A program made the translations under genes and the position numbers. Positions 8,129 through 21,847 of a DNA stretch of 64,000 bases are shown piece after piece. Each line of letters starts with the position of its first letter. Position 1 is the first letter of the stretch. Below the pieces are notes generated by a model that saw only the letters and a program-made list of their open reading frames with translations, was not told where the DNA came from and did not search any database. Source of the stretch: an uncultured Actinomycetes bacterium (GTDB lineage: Bacteria > Actinomycetota > Thermoleophilia > RBG-16-64-13); assembly GCA_963841735.1 (NCBI GenBank), contig CAWJDT010000004.1, positions 224,001-288,000 on the forward strand, read 5' to 3'.

Positions 8129-10843
8129 TTATCGTGTCTCCTTAAGCAGCCGCCGGGCGGCCGCAAGCTCGGGCTCTCGCCCCATGACTGTCTGTTCCAC
8201 TCGCAACTCCCTTAATCTTTCCAGGATACTTCCTACGGCTGGGCCCTTTTCTGCACCCAGCGCCATGATGTCGTCTCCACTCACACTCAGAGTACGTGAG
8301 CGCAGTTCCGTGAGGTAGCGGCCGAGCCTCTCACTCGCCACCCCTGGCTCCATACCGGCCAACGCAAACAGCAGTGCCTCCTCGGGCGTGCTACGCAGTG
8401 TACGAAATATCTCCCAGTCGGTCATGCCGTCGCGACCCAGGTTTGTCGGCAGCGCCGGCCCCACTACTACTCCGGCCCTCACCACGGCACCATCCGAACG
8501 CCTGACTCTGAGTTGGTCCAGCCATAGATACAGTTCGTCGTGCGACATATTGCGAGTCATGGCGGCTAACCGCAACCGCCAGCGGACCACTCGGTCTTCC
8601 ATTCCCAGTTCGCGCGCCAGCGCATCGAGCCGCTTGACCAGAGCCACCGTCTTCGCTCCGGTGGCCAGCTTGGGTTGGACTTCGTGGGCAACTCCGAGCT
8701 CAAACAGCCGACCCAAGGTCCACTCCACGTCATCCTCGCTGAGCAGCGCGACCAACTCGTCGCGCAGGCGCACGCTGGATAGGTCCCCCACCAAGTGCAT
8801 CTCTACGCAAGCCTTCGCGAGACCCCTGGTCTGCTCATCCATGCGGAAGCCATAGCGGTTCTCGTAGCGCACCGCCCGAAAAATCCGAGTGGGGTCCTCG
8901 ATAAAGCTCAGGTTGTGCAGCACTCGGACCACCTTGTCCCGGATATCGCGATAGCCTCCAAAGAAGTCGATCACCGTTCCGAAGTCACGCCCTCGCAGCG
9001 AGATGGCCATGGCATTCACGGTGAAATCGCGCCGGAAGAGGTCTTGCCTGATGGAGGCGTGCTCCACCCTGGGCAGCGCGGCCGGGTAGTCGTAGAACTC
9101 GGTGCGCGTGGTGGCCACGTCCACATGGAAGTCTTCCCCCGTGGCTCGCAGCCACTTGGGGGCCTCCCCCAGGATCTTTTGCGGCAGCAACACCACCGCG
9201 GTCTTGAACTTGCGGTGCGCGCGCACGCGTCCGCCCAGTTGCGCAGCCAGTCGCGCGGCGAACTCTATTCCGTCGCCCTCCACCGCTATGTCCAGGTCGG
9301 CGTTGGCCTGCTCCAGAAGGAGGTCACGAACGAAACCTCCCACCAGGTACACCCCGGCGAAGTCCTCCGAAATAGCGGAGCACGCCTCGAACAAACGCCC
9401 GAAGAAGGGATGCTCCACCAAAGCCTCCATGGCATAGACCCGAGGGGCCGGTGCCTCAGCTTGCTCTTTCTCCCAGTGGCCTTGATAAGCACCCAGAACA
9501 TCGGTGCGCGTGGCTATGCCTATGACGTGGGCCACTTGAGCCGTCCCCGTGGCCACGGCCTCATCATAAGCCTCGTCGTCGACCACAGGCACCCGGCCCA
9601 CGTTCTCACTCACCATGATGCGACGAAGCTCGTCTACGCCCGTGGACACTCGGGCGAACGTGATGGAGCGGGTCATGACGCCTTTCACCGGGGCATGCCC
9701 CAACCCGTGCCGCATGGCTTTGTCGAGGTCGCGGCGGGCCACTATGCCCACCACTCTGCCGTCCTCCTGGACGCATATGCCCGAATGCCCATACCTCTGA
9801 GCCGCCACCAGCGCTTCGGTGACCGTGGTGTCGGCGTCTACCAGCCGCACTGGGCGACTCATAATGTCGCCGGCTACGGGAGTGGTCGCGTTGCTCAACG
9901 AAAGCTCCTCGAGAAGCCGTGCGATCACAGCTGCCGGATCCTCGTCGCGCGTGACCGCCGAAGCCGCCTGCGCATGCCCGCCCCCCTGGATGCTGCGCAG
10001 CAGGGCGCCAACGTCTACCACACCCACTCGCGAGCGCGCGGTGACGAATACACGGTCCTCCATGGCCACCGCTTGAATAAGCACGTCGGCATTGATGAGT
10101 TCCAACAGCTTGTGAGCCACCACACTCAGCCCATCCACATAACCGGGCACCTCCAGCGCGGCCACGTGCACATCGACCCCCCGGATTCTTTCCACCCTCA
10201 CCCCGTCGAGCAGGCGCATCAGCACCTCCCGCTGCTCACTGGTGAGAGGATTGTGCAGGTAGCGCTCGATAAGTGGTTGCGAGGCCCCCAAGCGCATCGA
10301 GAACGCGAGCATTTCGGCATCGCGGATGGTAGTGCGGGGATACGTCAGCGAGCCCGTATCCTCATGTATGCCGAGGGCGAATATCGTCGCCTCAAGACGG
10401 GGTATCTCCACGTCGCGCTCCTTGAGCAGATGGAGCATCGAAGTGGCCTGAGCCCCATCGGACGAAAGCACCCAGTTCTCTCCGGCAACAAAGGACGGCC
10501 GGACAGGGCTTTCGGTCTCATGATGGTCCAGGATCACGGTCTCGATACCCGGCCGGCCGCAAAGGTGGCCCAGGTCGCCGATGCGTTCCGGGTCCGCGGT
10601 GTCCACGATGACTAGTTGCCGGATCTTCTCCTGGTCGATGAGGCGGAGACTCACAAGAGGAAGGGTCTCCCCGTGAAGCGATACGAAATCACGTACGTTG
10701 GGGTTGAGCGAGCCGGTGAAGACTATCCTTCCACCGGGGTATAGCAGACTTGCGCCCACAGCCGCGGCTAGAGCGTCGAAATCCGCGTTCTGGTGGGTCG
10801 TGATGACCGTTGAGACTTCCAGCAGTGAGGGCGGTGCTGTCAT
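8129..10843 (-). CDS. cca: tRNA nucleotidyltransferase (CCA- or A-adding) with N-terminal DHH/DHHA1 and tandem CBS domains
   Basis: DHH motifs THQNADFD, DHH, EDTG and GGGH; a CBS pair; class II NTase motifs GGFVRD..DLDI, RRDFTVNAMA and EDPTRIFRAVRY. Confidence 0.88.
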   Translation of the reverse strand: MTAPPSLLEVSTVITTHQNADFDALAAAVGASLLYPGGRIVFTGSLNPNVRDFVSLHGETLPLVSLRLIDQEKIRQLVIVDTADPERIGDLGHLCGRPGIETVILDHHETESPVRPSFVAGENWVLSSDGAQATSMLHLLKERDVEIPRLEATIFALGIHEDTGSLTYPRTTIRDAEMLAFSMRLGASQPLIERYLHNPLTSEQREVLMRLLDGVRVERIRGVDVHVAALEVPGYVDGLSVVAHKLLELINADVLIQAVAMEDRVFVTARSRVGVVDVGALLRSIQGGGHAQAASAVTRDEDPAAVIARLLEELSLSNATTPVAGDIMSRPVRLVDADTTVTEALVAAQRYGHSGICVQEDGRVVGIVARRDLDKAMRHGLGHAPVKGVMTRSITFARVSTGVDELRRIMVSENVGRVPVVDDEAYDEAVATGTAQVAHVIGIATRTDVLGAYQGHWEKEQAEAPAPRVYAMEALVEHPFFGRLFEACSAISEDFAGVYLVGGFVRDLLLEQANADLDIAVEGDGIEFAARLAAQLGGRVRAHRKFKTAVVLLPQKILGEAPKWLRATGEDFHVDVATTRTEFYDYPAALPRVEHASIRQDLFRRDFTVNAMAISLRGRDFGTVIDFFGGYRDIRDKVVRVLHNLSFIEDPTRIFRAVRYENRYGFRMDEQTRGLAKACVEMHLVGDLSSVRLRDELVALLSEDDVEWTLGRLFELGVAHEVQPKLATGAKTVALVKRLDALARELGMEDRVVRWRLRLAAMTRNMSHDELYLWLDQLRVRRSDGAVVRAGVVVGPALPTNLGRDGMTDWEIFRTLRSTPEEALLFALAGMEPGVASERLGRYLTELRSRTLSVSGDDIMALGAEKGPAVGSILERLRELRVEQTVMGREPELAAARRLLKETR

Positions 10844-10849
10844 ATTCCT

Positions 10850-10855
10850 AGTATA
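10850..10855 (-). promoter_or_regulatory. -10 element TATACT 6 nt upstream of the cca ATG (probable leaderless promoter)
   Basis: Minus strand reads GG-TATACT-AGGAAT-ATG. Confidence 0.55.
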
Positions 10856-10871
10856 CCGGGGACTATGGCAA

Positions 10872-12896
10872 CTACCCGGCGGCGCCCCAGAAGCGGAGCA
10901 CGGCCTCTACCGCCGCTCCCAATGCTGCTTGCGCCTTGAGACATCCGGCCAGCACTTCCTCATGGGTGGTGTCGCCAACATTGCTCACGACAGCGAGAAC
11001 CGCCGTCTCCAGTCCTTCCTCATCAGCAGCCCGCAACTCTGCCGCCGGGGACATACTCACCGTGGCAACCCCCACCGCCCGCAAAGCCGCCAGCTCGGCG
11101 GGGGTCTCGTACTGGGGCCCGGGCAACGAGGCATGGATGCCTAGCGTCGCCCGCCCGCTCCCCACCAATCTTTGCGCCGAGCCTGCCAGAGAACAGGGGC
11201 CGGCGGCGGGCAACATGACCGGTCTGCCGTCCAAACCGGGGAACTGGCAATCCAGCACGCTCTCGGCTGCCAAGACGGCGCCCGGCACCAGAGTAGGCGC
11301 TACCGCACCCGCTGCGCTCACCAACAACACCTTGCCGATCCCCCAAGCCGCCAGGGAGCGTACGGCCAACTGCACCTCGCTCAGATCGTATCCCTCGTAT
11401 TCGTGGATGCGGCCCCGGAGAAGCGCCACCGGCATGCCCGCCCAGCGGACCAGGGAGAGCGTGCAGGGGTGGCCGGGCACTTCGCTAGCGCGCCAGTGCG
11501 GCACCGCTTGATAGCCTACGATCGCCTGACACTGATCAAGTCCGGGCGCATCAAGGCCCGAGCCAAGCACCACGGCCACGCGCGGAGCGGCACCGAAGCG
11601 CTCTCGCAGCCAATCTCCGGCCACCCGGGCTTCCTCGGCCCCCACGCGCCCGGACATCCCCGCCGTGGAGCCTGCCGACGACGATTGCACCGGCGTGTAC
11701 CGCCTCCATCCGCGGGAGAGGTTAGAACGATCCAGCACATCCCCCTCACATTGGGGCTGTTGCCCCGTCAGCCAAGCGTAGGCTGTCGCCCCTGCGTCGG
11801 CGAAACCACCCTCGTAGACCGACTCCGGGGTGCCCGGCGGTCGGGGGTACACAAGTAGAGGCACGTACTCCCTGCTGTGGTCGGTACTTGGCGTCGTAGG
11901 GTCCACCCCGTGGTCCGCCGTCACAAGCATGCGGTCCTCCGGCCCCAGGGCGGCCGCGATGGCACGCAGGCCCGCATCTGCCGCCTCGAGCCCGCGGGCG
12001 AAGCCCTCCACATCGTTGCGGTGGCCCCAGGCCATGTCGAAGTCGACAAGGTTGGTCATCAGCAGTCCCTGGTCGAAGCGGGCGCGTGTTGACCGGCCCT
12101 CGACCAGCTCGAGGACCAGGCTGAGGTTATCGTTGTTGCCACAGACCTTGAGACTCGTCTGTATCCCCCGGCCGCCATATATCTCGGCTATCTTCCCCAG
12201 GCCCAGCACCGGCACTCCCGCCGCCGCTAGATCGTCGAGGTACAGACGGCCGGGAGGAGCGAGAGAGAAGTCGCGCCGATCGGCAGTGCGGACGAACGCA
12301 CCCGGGGGCCCCGCAAAGGGCCGCGCTATCACCCTGGCCACTGCGTTGGATCCCTGGAGCAACTCCCTAGCCGTCTCACACCAAGAGTACAGCTGCTCCA
12401 GCGAGACCATATCTGTGTGGGCAGCAACCTGGAACACGCTGTCGGCCGAGGTGTAGACGATCGGGCCACCGGTCTGCAGATGCCGCCCCCCGAGCTCGGC
12501 GATGATGGCTGTCCCGGACGCCGGGCAATTACCAAGTATCGGCCTTCCGATGCACCTCTGAAAGTGCTCGATGATCTCTCGCGGAAAACCGTCCGGGTAC
12601 GTGGGAAAGGGCCGCTCAGTGACCAGGCCCATGTACTCCCAGTGTCCAACGGTTGTGTCTTTGCCCGCGGATCGAGGAGCCAACCTGCCCGTCAACGCCA
12701 GCGGATGGGCCACCGGGGGTACGCCCATTATCGGAGCGACGTTCCCCAAGCCAAGGCTCTCCAAAAAGGGCAGACGCAGGTGGATCACTCGACTCAGGTT
12801 TCCCAGAGTGTCGGAGCCGATGTCACCGTACTCGCCTGCATCAGGCAAGGCCCCCACGCCGACGCCGTCGAGCACGATGAATACGAAACGGCGCAC
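10872..12896 (-). CDS. deoB: Phosphopentomutase fused to a purine-nucleoside phosphorylase (PNP I/PunA-type) domain
   Basis: The N-terminal ~390 aa carry IVLDGVGVG, GKDTTVGHWE, YTSADSV, GHRND, TADHG and DHSREYVP. The C-terminal part carries VVLGSG, VPGH, GRIHEYEG, GPQYETPAE, SMS and HEEV. Confidence 0.88.
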   Translation of the reverse strand: MRRFVFIVLDGVGVGALPDAGEYGDIGSDTLGNLSRVIHLRLPFLESLGLGNVAPIMGVPPVAHPLALTGRLAPRSAGKDTTVGHWEYMGLVTERPFPTYPDGFPREIIEHFQRCIGRPILGNCPASGTAIIAELGGRHLQTGGPIVYTSADSVFQVAAHTDMVSLEQLYSWCETARELLQGSNAVARVIARPFAGPPGAFVRTADRRDFSLAPPGRLYLDDLAAAGVPVLGLGKIAEIYGGRGIQTSLKVCGNNDNLSLVLELVEGRSTRARFDQGLLMTNLVDFDMAWGHRNDVEGFARGLEAADAGLRAIAAALGPEDRMLVTADHGVDPTTPSTDHSREYVPLLVYPRPPGTPESVYEGGFADAGATAYAWLTGQQPQCEGDVLDRSNLSRGWRRYTPVQSSSAGSTAGMSGRVGAEEARVAGDWLRERFGAAPRVAVVLGSGLDAPGLDQCQAIVGYQAVPHWRASEVPGHPCTLSLVRWAGMPVALLRGRIHEYEGYDLSEVQLAVRSLAAWGIGKVLLVSAAGAVAPTLVPGAVLAAESVLDCQFPGLDGRPVMLPAAGPCSLAGSAQRLVGSGRATLGIHASLPGPQYETPAELAALRAVGVATVSMSPAAELRAADEEGLETAVLAVVSNVGDTTHEEVLAGCLKAQAALGAAVEAVLRFWGAAG

Positions 12897-12902
12897 GAGA
12901 GA

Positions 12903-13807
12903 CTACGCCTCCCGAGCTCGAGGATGGGCCTCGCGATAGACCTTCTGAAGGTGCGCAGCGCTCACATGCGTGTAGATCTGCGTGGTTGACAGATCGGCGT
13001 GTCCCAACATCTCCTGGACGGCCCTGAGGTCGGCGCCCCCCTCCAGAAGATGAGTAGCGAACGAGTGGCGCAGGGTGTGCGCGGATACGTCTTCGGGCAG
13101 TCGGGCCATACGCACATAGCGCTTAACAATTAGGTGCAGCCCCTGTCGCGAGAGACGGCGACCCCGGTTGTTCAGGAATAGTTCGGGCGCCTTCATCTAC
13201 CGGCGCCACCAAGGAACGGCCGCCCCCTCTGGTAGTAAACATCCAGTGCCTCAATGGCCTTGCGCCCTATCGGCACGACGCGTTCCTTGTCACCCTTGCC
13301 GATAGTCCGCACGAAACCCACGTCGAGATCGATGTCCTGCAGGCGGAGGGCGAGGGTCTCCGAAGCCCGCAGTCCCGCACCGTACATGGTCTCCAGCAAG
13401 GCTCTGTCTCGAAGACCAGCGGGGTCGCTCTTCGGACCGGCCAGCAGGCGCTCCACTTCGTCCACGCTGAGCGTGCGAGGCAGTTCCGATTCAAGGCGAG
13501 GCGCTGCCAAGGTGCGCGTGGGATCCGCGGATAGGACCTCAGTCAGGATGGCATGCTGGTAGAAGGAGCGGAGGGCGGCCGTCTTGCGGGCTCGGGTGGA
13601 CGGCCTCCAATCCCCCGTTGCCAGGAACCCGCGGGCCTCGTCAGCGGACGCCGTTGTCAAGGTGTGCTCGTGGCCCTGCAGCCAAAAACAGAACTGGGTG
13701 AGATCACGACGGTAGGAGTCCACCGTCCGCTGGGACAGCCCTTTCTCCAGGCGCAGAGCCCGCAGATAAGCGTACAGCAGAGGGTCCTGTTCGGGGGGGG
13801 ATGGCAC
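12903..13807 (-). pseudogene. xerD: Tyrosine recombinase XerD, split into two ORFs (13193-13807 and 12903-13196) by a one-base frameshift; could be a real split or an assembly indel
   Basis: The N-part has EKGLS, RDRALLE, GLRASE and GKGDKER. The C-part has [15 protein letters not shown] and TQIY. The junction reads GGT AGA TGA / ATG AAG. Synteny nudF-xerD-deoB. Confidence 0.85.
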
Positions 13808-13827
13808 GCCAGTCTAGGCCGCCGCGC

Positions 13828-14952
13828 TTACGTGTATTCGATGGGCAGGACGTACTCCAGCGGAAAATAGGGCTTGCCGGTAGCCTCCGCGACCTCTCGC
13901 ATCGTCACTTTGCCTTCCATGACGTTGACCCCGCGAGCCAGAGCAGCGTCGGAGCGGGCCGCGGCAACCACACCTCTGTCGGCCACTTCAAGGATGTAGG
14001 GCAGGGTGACATTGGTCAGGGCTATGGTGGAGGTTACAGGCACCACCCCCGCCATGTTATCCACGCAGTAGTGGATAACCCCGTGTTTCACATAGGTAGG
14101 CGCACGGTGGGTAGTGATCTGCGAAGTGGCAAAACAGCCTCCCTGGTCGACACTCAGGTCGACGATCACCGATCCAGGTTGCATGGCCCGCACCAGGTCC
14201 TCCGACACCAGAACCGGCGTCTTGGCTCCCGACACCAGCACCGCGCCGATGACCACGTCGGCGGCCGCTACTTCTTCCTCTATGGTGAGCTGGTCGCTAT
14301 GAAGGGTCTGCACCCCCGGAACCTGCCTTTGCGCGACCAAGAGCGCATCCCGGTCGACGTCAAGGATCCTGGTATCGGCCCCCATGCCCACGGCGATGGC
14401 CGCCGCATTGGCCCCGGCCATACCGGCTCCTAGGATGACCACGCTCGCCGCCCGCACCCCTGTAGCCCCCCCCAGTAGCTTGCCCTTGCCTCCACTCATG
14501 CGTTCCAAGAAGTACGCACCCACTTGAGGAGCAAGTCGCCCCGCAATCTCGCTCATGGGGGCAAGAAGAGGCTTGCGGCCGTCGGACGTTTCCACCGTTT
14601 CGTAGGCAACACACGTGGCGCCGCTGCGGATGAGAGCCTCGGTCAACTCCGGATCAGGGGCCAGATGCAGATAGGTAAATAGGATATGGCGAGGCTCTAG
14701 CCGCAGATACTCCTCGCGCAAAGGCTCCTTGACCTTGACGATCAATTCGGCCTGCCCGAACACCGCATCCGCGTCAGCGACGATGCGCGCGCCAGCTCCT
14801 ACGTAGGCCTCGTCGGAGAACATCGACCCCTCACCAGCCCCACGCTGCACAAGCACCTCGTGCCCACCACTGGTGAGCTCCCGGGTGCCGGCGGGGCTGA
14901 GTGCGACTCGGTATTCTTCCTCGCGAATCTCGGTGGGCACTCCGACACGCAT
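13828..14952 (-). CDS. ald: Alanine dehydrogenase
   Basis: Motifs EYRVAL, VKVKEP, FTYLHLA, PMSEIAGR and DQGGC. Confidence 0.95.
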   Translation of the reverse strand: MRVGVPTEIREEEYRVALSPAGTRELTSGGHEVLVQRGAGEGSMFSDEAYVGAGARIVADADAVFGQAELIVKVKEPLREEYLRLEPRHILFTYLHLAPDPELTEALIRSGATCVAYETVETSDGRKPLLAPMSEIAGRLAPQVGAYFLERMSGGKGKLLGGATGVRAASVVILGAGMAGANAAAIAVGMGADTRILDVDRDALLVAQRQVPGVQTLHSDQLTIEEEVAAADVVIGAVLVSGAKTPVLVSEDLVRAMQPGSVIVDLSVDQGGCFATSQITTHRAPTYVKHGVIHYCVDNMAGVVPVTSTIALTNVTLPYILEVADRGVVAAARSDAALARGVNVMEGKVTMREVAEATGKPYFPLEYVLPIEYT

Positions 14953-14978
14953 ACTAGTCGCCCCTCACATCGCCTTCT

Positions 14979-15555
14979 CTACGCCTGCTTCTGATAGGCC
15001 TCGAGCATATACAGGGCTGCCAAGGACTTCGCGTCACACAGGTGCTGGACAAGAACCGGCAATCCCGTCAAGGCGTAACGTACCACGCAGAGGTCCTCGT
15101 CGTCATCAGGGTCACTGTCGCCCAAGACAAGCCCCTCCGCCAGGAACACGTGCAGTAGCTCGCTGGCAAAGCCCGGTGACGAAAAGAACGAGCCAAGCGC
15201 GCTCCACCGAGCGGCTGTCAAGCCCACCTCCTCACGCAGTTCGCGCTGCGCCCCCACCAGCGGCTCCTCCCCCGCTTCGAGCCCCCCGGCGGGCAACTCC
15301 AAGAGGTACCGGCCCACCGCGTGCCGGTATTGCCGCACCATGTACACCTGGCCCTCCTCATCGAGGGCGATCACCACGACCGCGCCGGGGTGCTCCACAA
15401 CTTCACGCGTTACCACTTGCCCCCGGGGCGTGGTGATCTCATCCACCCGTAGTCTTACCACCCTGCCCTCGTACTCAACGCGCGACGCCAAGACCTCCGG
15501 GTAGAAGTCGGGCTCCGTCGGGGGCGTGGGGGCACCATCCATGTACCAGCCTTCG

Positions 15556-15563
<8 letters not shown>
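14979..15563 (-). CDS. nudF: NUDIX hydrolase, ADP-ribose pyrophosphatase-like
   Basis: Motifs REVVEHPGAV and ELPAG, and Nudix box GGLEAGEEPLVGAQRELREEVG. Confidence 0.85.
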
Positions 15564-20145
<4,582 letters not shown>

Positions 20146-20155
20146 GACCGCTCTC

Positions 20156-21013
20156 CTACAACAGCCGGTCGCGGAAGTGGTGGTACAGGCTATCGCCTTC
20201 CAACAGAGCAAGCGTGGTCATGCCGGGAACTGTACGGATGCGCGCCACCGTTGCCGGAGCGAACGTGCAGACCCTTTGCCCGTCAATGTCCACGTAGCAA
20301 TCGGTGTCCCCGGTGTTGATGATCTCGAGAACATCAAGAGGAGCGGCCACCACCGGCCTGACTCCAACGGCGTGAGCCGCCACCAGGCTGATGACGTACG
20401 CATCCACCGAGATGCCAAGAAGGGGACCGCCTGCGGCGAGGCTGTAGGCAGATGAACCGGCGGGAGTCCCCACCACGACCCCGTCGCACTGCACCTCGAA
20501 GAGGGTAACGCCATTGATGGTGAGGGCAAGCGAGCAGGTCCCAGACCGGTCGCCCTTGCTCACCACGACGTCGTTAGTAGCCCGAAAGGTCTCCTCCGTC
20601 ACTTCCGCACTCAGACCCAGGAGCGGATACTCGGTGAAGCCCCCTGAAATCAGCCGCTCCACTCCATCGCGGAGTTCATCCTTCGCAACGGTCGTAAGGA
20701 AGCCCACGCGGCCCAGATTCACGCCTGCCACCGGGATGCAGAGGTCGCGGGTCAGGTGAAACGCCCGCAGCATGGTACCGTCACCCCCCAACACCAGGCA
20801 CAGACCTACCCCCTCGAGATCCGTCGGCCCCTCGACCACCTCGACCCCGCCTGTACCGTTGAAGATCTGCGCGTGCTTCTGCCATTCCGTCTGTGGGGCG
20901 AGAATTTCGATCCCGGCTCGGCCCAACAGGGCCAGCGTGTCCATCAACGCACCATGAGCCACCTCGGCATCACCGTGTGTAAGAACGACCACCTTCCTGA
21001 TCTTAGGGCTCAT
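20156..21013 (-). CDS. nadK: NAD kinase
   Basis: Motifs GGDGT, GRVGFL, ND and DG..VGTPAGSSAYSLAAGGP. Confidence 0.94.
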   Translation of the reverse strand: MSPKIRKVVVLTHGDAEVAHGALMDTLALLGRAGIEILAPQTEWQKHAQIFNGTGGVEVVEGPTDLEGVGLCLVLGGDGTMLRAFHLTRDLCIPVAGVNLGRVGFLTTVAKDELRDGVERLISGGFTEYPLLGLSAEVTEETFRATNDVVVSKGDRSGTCSLALTINGVTLFEVQCDGVVVGTPAGSSAYSLAAGGPLLGISVDAYVISLVAAHAVGVRPVVAAPLDVLEIINTGDTDCYVDIDGQRVCTFAPATVARIRTVPGMTTLALLEGDSLYHHFRDRLL

Positions 21014-21842
21014 CGGCAAGACCCCCACGCGTCGCATCCTCCACTAGTCCCGGCTCGTTGACGAGTTCCTCCAGCCTATCAAGTCCTATGGCGTTCTCAC
21101 CATCTCTACCGATGTGCAAGAAGAATTCCACGTTGCCCCCGACACCCGGGTGACGGGAGCGGCACAACCCCAGCAGGTCCGCGGCGAGTTGGTCGACCAC
21201 AAACGCGCCCGCCTGTCTCAACACCATGCGCCGGGTCTCCGGGTTGCTGACGATACCGCCTTTCCCCACTTCGCGCGGCCCAGCTTCAAACTGCGGCTTG
21301 ATCAGCACCAGCCCCTCGAACGCCCGCGACATGCACCCTATCACCGAGGGTAGAACCTTACTCACCGAGATGAACGACACGTCCATGGTGAGGAAGTCGG
21401 CCTGGTAGGGCAAGTCCTCCGGCTTCAGATAGCGAGCGTTCACCTTTTCGAGGACACACACCCGAGGATCCTGCCGCAAACGGGAATCGATCTGACCTCG
21501 CCCCACGTCGAGAGCGATGACCCTTGTCGCCCCGCCCTGCAGCAGACAGTCCACAAATCCGCCCGTAGACGCTCCAACATCTAGCCCGGATGCCCCCTCC
21601 ACGCCTATGGAAAGGTCTTCCAGTGCTCCGGCGAGCTTGTTGCCACCCCTCGAAACGAACCGGGGACGCTCCTTGATGGTGATGGGGGCATCCCCGGCGA
21701 TGGCGGTACCGGCCTTGTCACAGAGCCTGCCCCCCACTGTCACAAGCCCGGCCATAATCAAACCTCGTGCGGCACTTCTGGTGGGAGCCAGGCCTCGCGT
21801 CACCAGAACCTCGTCCAAACGGCTGCGACTGGCCCTTTGCAC
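21003..21842 (-). CDS. tlyA: TlyA family rRNA 2'-O-methyltransferase
   Basis: S4 domain plus motifs VSRGGNKL, DVGASTGGF, DVSFIS and KPQFEAG. Confidence 0.94.
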   Translation of the reverse strand: MQRASRSRLDEVLVTRGLAPTRSAARGLIMAGLVTVGGRLCDKAGTAIAGDAPITIKERPRFVSRGGNKLAGALEDLSIGVEGASGLDVGASTGGFVDCLLQGGATRVIALDVGRGQIDSRLRQDPRVCVLEKVNARYLKPEDLPYQADFLTMDVSFISVSKVLPSVIGCMSRAFEGLVLIKPQFEAGPREVGKGGIVSNPETRRMVLRQAGAFVVDQLAADLLGLCRSRHPGVGGNVEFFLHIGRDGENAIGLDRLEELVNEPGLVEDATRGGLADEP

Positions 21843-21847
21843 CGGGC

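Noticed and set aside
8795-10615. Long plus-strand ORFs (606 aa here; also 696-1640, 17418-18281, 49467-50333 and others)
   Set aside because: They are antisense shadows of well-conserved minus-strand genes in high-GC DNA, with no motifs or RBS.
12903-13807. Tyrosine recombinase as a prophage or island integrase; TGA as selenocysteine
   Set aside because: Sequence and nudF/deoB synteny fit housekeeping XerD, with no att sites or cargo genes. The C-terminal half is in another frame, so read-through would not restore it.
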